Of a DNA stretch of 62,907 bases, positions 58,232 through 62,907 are shown one piece after another; positions within the stretch are counted from its first letter, which is position 1, and each line of letters begins with the position of its first letter. The notes beneath the pieces are model-generated. The model worked only from the letters and a program-made list of their open reading frames with translations. It ran no database searches and had not been told where the DNA came from. The stretch comes from a virus (taxonomy: Duplodnaviria; Caudoviricetes): IMG/VR virus record IMGVR_UViG_3300048851_000073, positions 1 through 62,907 of that record, one strand, 5' to 3'. Made by a program: the position numbers and the translations under genes.

Positions 58232-60529
58232 TCATTGAGTGCCTCCCTGATCCTTCGGTTCGTATGGTGAGGGCCCGAAGTTCTTGGGCTGTGGATCGGA
58301 GCGCCGGGGTGTAACTCGACGCCGGCTGTTGATTTCGTCGCGCACGTCCTGGATGGGTCGGCCATAGGTGGATCGGGAGCGTGCGAGTACTGCGCTAGCA
58401 ACGCCAGTAGATGGAAGCGGAGCGAGTGCCTTCAATGTGACAGGCGGCGTCGTCTCCTTGCCAACCGTGAACGTTGCGATTGCTTCATACGAACGGATGC
58501 CAGTGAAGTCGGTCTCCTTTACTCGTTGATGCCCGCCGAACTCAGGTATCCATGTGCGAGCTTCCGTGGCCGACGTTTCGTAGATAATCCGTGAGCCCGT
58601 GTTGTTGATGATTGCGGTCTTCAGTTTCGAGTCAACCGTTTCCAAATACTGCGTCGCGAGCGTGACACCCAGCTTGTGCTTGCGTGCTCTGGCGAGCATG
58701 TCGTCAAGCCCGCCTTGGACTTTCGAACTGACCTGGAACTCGTCTAGATAAAGAAAGTTGGATCGCCTCGGAACGATGGCCTGAGCGTTGTTCCAAAGCG
58801 TCGACGTGAACAAGGATGCTAGCAGCTCTGACGACTCACTTGGAACATCGGCAAAGCTAACGAGTAGTATCTTGTTGTTCTCCAACACATCCCGCATGTT
58901 CAGTGTCGACTTGCTCTGGCCGATGATGTGTTTGATCTCAGGACGTCCCGACAGCTGCCACAATTTGTTGTGGAGAGGTTCAGAGTACCTGGCTGCAACT
59001 TGGCCTTTGCCATCATCAACACGATCCCAGAACTCTTCCAGCTCTGGCTCTTTCACCGAATCCTTCACCTTCTTGGCCCACGCTTTCTCTTCGGACGTTC
59101 GCGGGCTGATCAGTGTTGCGAGATCGACGAAGGTAAGACCACCGTACTCAATCAGTGTCCACAGTCCGTGATAGAGCAGATCTCGTACAGCGACCCCAGT
59201 TGACACGGATGGGTAGGTGGCGACGAAGACATCAGTGAACAGGTTCATAGCGTCACGTGCATCCACCTGATCAAATAGATTGTAAGCCAGTGGATTGTCT
59301 GGATCGCCAGCAATGTCAGCGACGATCACATCACCGATGCGCTCTGGGGGTACATAGCTGAGCACCCTACTGAAGAGGGTCTCGTTTGAACGGCTTCTGC
59401 TTGCGTCGATGACGATGACTCCGTGACCAGCCTTCATGTCTGCGGCCGCTTCATTCGCCATCTGCACGGTCTTTCCCCTACCCGTCTTCCCGCCGATGAA
59501 CGTGTGTAAAACGGCGTCCTCGAACGATTGGCTGATCGGACGTTCTCGTCCTGAGATGTTGCTATACCCAATCAGCCGGCCGCCGTTACGTGGGATTGCT
59601 TCGACGGGCGGGAACGGTCGCGCTGAACCTTGCTTTACTCCTTGTATCTGGGGGTCACCTATGGGCCACGCAACCACCGGAATTAGCTCTGGGACACTCA
59701 AATTGACATCGGACGCGACTGTCATTGCGCCGCGGTTCACCTGGTCGTCGAGGTTGTGTTGACGGATTGCCCTACTGTTGAACTTATTCCCAATGTTCTC
59801 GGAGCGCAGTGCACGAACTACATCTTCGACCAAGGCTTTGCCGCGTTGGGGCGACTCTGCTACTGCTGCGACGCGACCGACAGCGTTGAAGCTGCGTTCT
59901 TGCGCCTTCTCATCGATGACGTCGTCCATGGCTTTGTCGTTGACTCCGTAGACGACAGCGTTGAAGAGGCTCGATTTTTTCACAGCCTTGGTTGACAGGG
60001 ACTTGAAGTTGTTCGACCCCGTGATCACCCATTGCAACATGACTGTCTCGTCCGGGAAATCTGTTTGTACCGCCTTAAGCGTGCGCGTTGAATAATTAAT
60101 CGGGTTGCTGATTCGTAGCATCCGACCCGGGTCTGTCATGTGGAGTTGTACACCATACGTCCAGTCCAGGGGCACTCGTTTGATCGGTGTCAGGGTCGTG
60201 CCGGGGATGTGCGCATCCATCTGTCCCGCCAGGTACTCGGCGTCACGTGACGGAACATGTATCCGATGCTCGACACCACTGTTGTTGGCGACTGCTTCGA
60301 ACACGATAGTCGGTACACCGAGGAGTCGACCCATGGGTCCAGTGCGCAGATCTGGCCCGATTGAACGAAAGAATGCGTCGACCTTCTCGGGTCGCAGGTC
60401 GGTTGCGAAGATGATTGAGTAGCTGACGTGATCCGCGTCGTGCCCGCGCTGGGACTTGGTTTTTACCATGAGAATTACCCCAAAAATGAAGGGGGAGAGG
60501 GTGCCAAGCATGAACAGCAGATAGAACAT
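58232..60529 (-). CDS. VirD4/TraD/TrwB-like coupling ATPase with N-terminal TM
   Basis: HTFIGGKTGRGKT, VIVID, FLYLDEFQ, ARARKHKLGVTLATQYL. Confidence 0.85.
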   Translation of the reverse strand: MFYLLFMLGTLSPFIFGVILMVKTKSQRGHDADHVSYSIIFATDLRPEKVDAFFRSIGPDLRTGPMGRLLGVPTIVFEAVANNSGVEHRIHVPSRDAEYLAGQMDAHIPGTTLTPIKRVPLDWTYGVQLHMTDPGRMLRISNPINYSTRTLKAVQTDFPDETVMLQWVITGSNNFKSLSTKAVKKSSLFNAVVYGVNDKAMDDVIDEKAQERSFNAVGRVAAVAESPQRGKALVEDVVRALRSENIGNKFNSRAIRQHNLDDQVNRGAMTVASDVNLSVPELIPVVAWPIGDPQIQGVKQGSARPFPPVEAIPRNGGRLIGYSNISGRERPISQSFEDAVLHTFIGGKTGRGKTVQMANEAAADMKAGHGVIVIDASRSRSNETLFSRVLSYVPPERIGDVIVADIAGDPDNPLAYNLFDQVDARDAMNLFTDVFVATYPSVSTGVAVRDLLYHGLWTLIEYGGLTFVDLATLISPRTSEEKAWAKKVKDSVKEPELEEFWDRVDDGKGQVAARYSEPLHNKLWQLSGRPEIKHIIGQSKSTLNMRDVLENNKILLVSFADVPSESSELLASLFTSTLWNNAQAIVPRRSNFLYLDEFQVSSKVQGGLDDMLARARKHKLGVTLATQYLETVDSKLKTAIINNTGSRIIYETSATEARTWIPEFGGHQRVKETDFTGIRSYEAIATFTVGKETTPPVTLKALAPLPSTGVASAVLARSRSTYGRPIQDVRDEINSRRRVTPRRSDPQPKNFGPSPYEPKDQGGTQ

Positions 60530-60579
60530 CTACCACCATCTTGACACCACTCTCCCAAGTTGAACAGCAATTGAAGTGG

Positions 60580-60768
60580 TCAGCGGTTACGAATGGCGTT
60601 CGCCCTCTTGCCGATGAAGTAGATGACCGCGAGGATCGAGACCGCGATCAGGACGATCTGGATGAACCCGAAGTACGGTGCCAGGACCGCGATCAGAATC
60701 TGAGCGACGATGACCAGGAACAGAAGCGACCAGGCGAGGTTGGCGATGGTCTTGGGTGCTCTTTTCAT
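60580..60768 (-). CDS. Small 2-TM protein
   Basis: Hydrophobic; directly upstream of the ATPase. Confidence 0.6.
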   Translation of the reverse strand: MKRAPKTIANLAWSLLFLVIVAQILIAVLAPYFGFIQIVLIAVSILAVIYFIGKRANAIRNR

Positions 60769-61313
60769 TTCGATACTCCTTGTTGCCGTTGAACCGCCCT
60801 GACGACGGCTTCGAGGTGGCCCAGCTCGACGGACTCTCGGATGAACTGGGCTTGGTTTGGCAAGAACTGCCGGGTGAGCGCTTGCGCCATGACTTGGCCG
60901 GCGAAATCAGCGTGCAATATCTTGTAGGCCAGGTCGCCAGGCATGAGACCGTAGCGGACCATGTCACTGACGTGGATGCGGGAGACTTGTATCTCATCGG
61001 CGAGCTCAAAAGTCAGGCCAGCGAGCACGTGCGTGCAGTCGTGGTAGAACCGCAGGGCGTGTATGTGCCCTGGATCTGGATACGGAACGTCCTCTGCATT
61101 GGTCGATGAGACGGGCAGCGGATGACCCGTCAGCCGTGATGAACCGAACGCGGCTTCGAGTTCGAGGTACGTATTCGGTGCAGTCTCGGTGGGGGTGTAC
61201 GTGAAGCCGAGCTGTGCAGTCATCTTGCCCGCATGGTCAAACAGAAACTGTCCTGCGATCTCGAGTGCCTGGTTGTACAGCTCGTTGCGAATAGGCATAG
61301 TAGGTTGCGACAT
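60765..61313 (-). CDS. Hypothetical protein (LRFYHDCTH motif)
   Basis: SD AAGGA; coupled to next gene. Confidence 0.6.
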   Translation of the reverse strand: MSQPTMPIRNELYNQALEIAGQFLFDHAGKMTAQLGFTYTPTETAPNTYLELEAAFGSSRLTGHPLPVSSTNAEDVPYPDPGHIHALRFYHDCTHVLAGLTFELADEIQVSRIHVSDMVRYGLMPGDLAYKILHADFAGQVMAQALTRQFLPNQAQFIRESVELGHLEAVVRAVQRQQGVSK

Positions 61314-61449
61314 GGTCCATCCTTTGGGTGGGTTGTGGTGTCGGTTGCACGAACTCGGACGCCAATCTTGTTCCGTGCAACCTGGTTCTGAGACAGCAGC
61401 GGCCCTGGATATGTCTGGTATCCAGGGCCGCTGTCCCTCGCAGGCTGAA

Positions 61450-61656
61450 CTACTGGTTCCAGAAGCGGGTCAACGCTTCCCGGTTGAGCTGCCCATCGAC
61501 GCGCCCCCGGCGGATCGCTTCTTCGCGACGCTTGACCTCCTGCCGACGTGCCAGGCCGGGGATGTTCGTTCCCCGAACCACTGCGTAGAGCTTGAGTGCG
61601 ATCAGACCAAGCCACAGCGGCGAGGTCAGGATCGCGAGCAAGATGACGATTTCCAT
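61450..61656 (-). CDS. Small membrane protein
   Basis: N-terminal TM. Confidence 0.5.
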   Translation of the reverse strand: MEIVILLAILTSPLWLGLIALKLYAVVRGTNIPGLARRQEVKRREEAIRRGRVDGQLNREALTRFWNQ

Positions 61657-61662
61657 GACGAA

Positions 61663-61851
61663 CTACCTTTCCCAGTGGGACTCTTCCTCCCAGATTTCTT
61701 CCTCGATGAACACAACTTCGTGTTCGCTCACCTGGACCTGGCGGCGTACGACCCGCCGCGACCTGGTGTTCGCCTGGCTACCTAGCTCCAGACCCATTTG
61801 ATACGCAGCCAACTCGCCTGCGCTCCGTTGCCTTGATCGGCGTTCTGACAT
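61663..61851 (-). CDS. Hypothetical protein
   Basis: SD AGGAGG; first gene of leftward operon. Confidence 0.55.
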   Translation of the reverse strand: MSERRSRQRSAGELAAYQMGLELGSQANTRSRRVVRRQVQVSEHEVVFIEEEIWEEESHWER

Positions 61852-61880
61852 CTACGTGACCTCCTGGTCCGCTACACTCA

Positions 61881-61944
61881 ACCTCTAGAGGTAGATTCCC
61901 GTAGAGGTGAATACCCGTAGTGGTAAAAACCTCTAGAGGTGAAT
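61881..61944. promoter_or_regulatory. Four tandem 16-bp repeats, two containing the palindrome ACCTCTAGAGGT (putative operators)
   Basis: Units at 61881, 61897, 61913, 61929 in a divergent intergenic gap. Confidence 0.7.
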
Positions 61945-62017
61945 GTAGTGTCCGAGTATGGGGACGGTAGAACGTCTTGTCAACCGAAGCAGCAAATCTC
62001 AAATGAAAGGCCAGGTC

Positions 62018-62584
62018 ATGATGGCGACGAAGTTCCCCGAAGATCCTGAGTACATCGTCAACCTGGCGAAGGAGATACAAGCGCTCGCGGCTGGTGATCC
62101 GCTGTCGATTGAGAAGGTCGGCCGTCACTACGCCCAGCCAGACCCGTCAGATCCGCAGAAGCTAATTGTCGATCTAGCCGCGATGCAACGAGTCTGGGGA
62201 ACGAGCGTCTCTTCGCACGCTGAGGTGTACGACCTGATCAAGATCACCGCCGGGATGTTGCCCGACGACGACAGCGACGTGGAGGCAATCAAAAATGCGC
62301 TCGGACTGTACGTTTCATTCTTCGATGGCTTTCCCAACCTGACCGCCAGGCGTGCGCAACTCCTTTCGAGGGTCGAGATCACGATGCGCTCACTACAAGA
62401 CAGGGAGACCCGTGGTGCGCGGCTGCTTGCTCGTCAGATCACGATCATCCGGAAGCAGCGGCCTGAGGTCTTTGAGGCGGAAAACTTGAAGCGGCGAGTG
62501 GAAAATCTGGAATACCGGATGCAGGATCTCGAACGGCAGGTAGAGCGGCTTGAGTCGAACAACAGCAACAAGAGGCGTTGGTGA
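62018..62584 (+). CDS. Putative regulator (HTH-like segment plus C-terminal coiled coil)
   Basis: NLTARRAQL..ITMRSLQDRE; divergent from the ATPase operon. Confidence 0.5.
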   Translation: MMATKFPEDPEYIVNLAKEIQALAAGDPLSIEKVGRHYAQPDPSDPQKLIVDLAAMQRVWGTSVSSHAEVYDLIKITAGMLPDDDSDVEAIKNALGLYVSFFDGFPNLTARRAQLLSRVEITMRSLQDRETRGARLLARQITIIRKQRPEVFEAENLKRRVENLEYRMQDLERQVERLESNNSNKRRW

Positions 62585-62617
62585 AGTTGTCACAAAGCTG
62601 TCACATGTGCCGTGACA
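62583..62617 (+). repeat. Probable integrase arm-type sites near attR
   Basis: GAAGTTGTCACA identical to 697-708, plus CTGTCAC and inverted GTGACA. Confidence 0.7.
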
Positions 62618-62692
62618 CACCTAGATACTAAACGACCCCCGTTGACTGAACATGCAGGTCAGAGACTTGCGATTCGGCCAACAGGGGTCATT

Positions 62693-62745
62693 CTCTGGTC
62701 TTACACACCAGCGGTCGGGGGTTCAAATCCCTCTGCGCGCACCAG
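62693..62745 (+). repeat. attR core (53 bp)
   Basis: Identical to 604-656. Confidence 0.96.
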
Positions 62746-62907
62746 AACACACGCACCTGATGACTCATCTGCGCCGGTGGACATTGCCGGATCGGATCGA
62801 GAAAAAAGACGTCTTGTATCGATGTCGTTGATCGTCGGAGTTGTGCCATTCGACAGCGGTGTTTACCGACGGGGAACCGATCAGCGGCGCGGTATTCGGC
62901 GTAGTCC

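Larger units (their letters stand above)
604..62745. mobile_element. Prophage (siphovirus-like, 62,089 bp between att cores) with conjugation-like accessory genes
   Basis: 53-bp direct repeats at both ends, integrase next to attL, full terminase-portal-capsid-tail-lysis set. Confidence 0.96.

Noticed and set aside
61881-61944. Mini CRISPR array
   Set aside because: 16-bp tandem units with no spacers and no cas genes in the window
62693-62745. Second tRNA-Val
   Set aside because: Lacks the 5' acceptor strand and D arm; it is the attR duplicate

Overview
Almost the whole window is one apparently intact ~62.1 kb temperate siphovirus-type prophage. It is integrated in tRNA-Val(TAC) beside an AhpE-type peroxiredoxin of a Mycobacteriales-like host and is bounded by a perfect 53-bp attL/attR repeat (604-656, 62693-62745). 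The left arm encodes a tyrosine integrase, a serine resolvase, ERF, an AAA ATPase, a Replic_Relax-like protein, a three-gene RNA-repair operon and an ArdC-like protein. The right part encodes an HK97-type head, a non-contractile tail, a lysis cassette, Lsr2 and a VirD4/TraD-like ATPase operon. The most notable observations are: (i) a complete virion module combined with conjugation-type genes (relaxase-like, coupling ATPase, ArdC) and no recognisable phage replisome; (ii) a core that looks non-actinobacterial, possibly Saccharibacteria-like, interspersed with actinobacterial morons; (iii) five related promoters each paired with a DnaA box; (iv) two long, structured non-coding regions; (v) a probable -1 frameshift fusing portal to MuF. 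All family assignments come from motif recognition by eye. No searches or folding programs were run.
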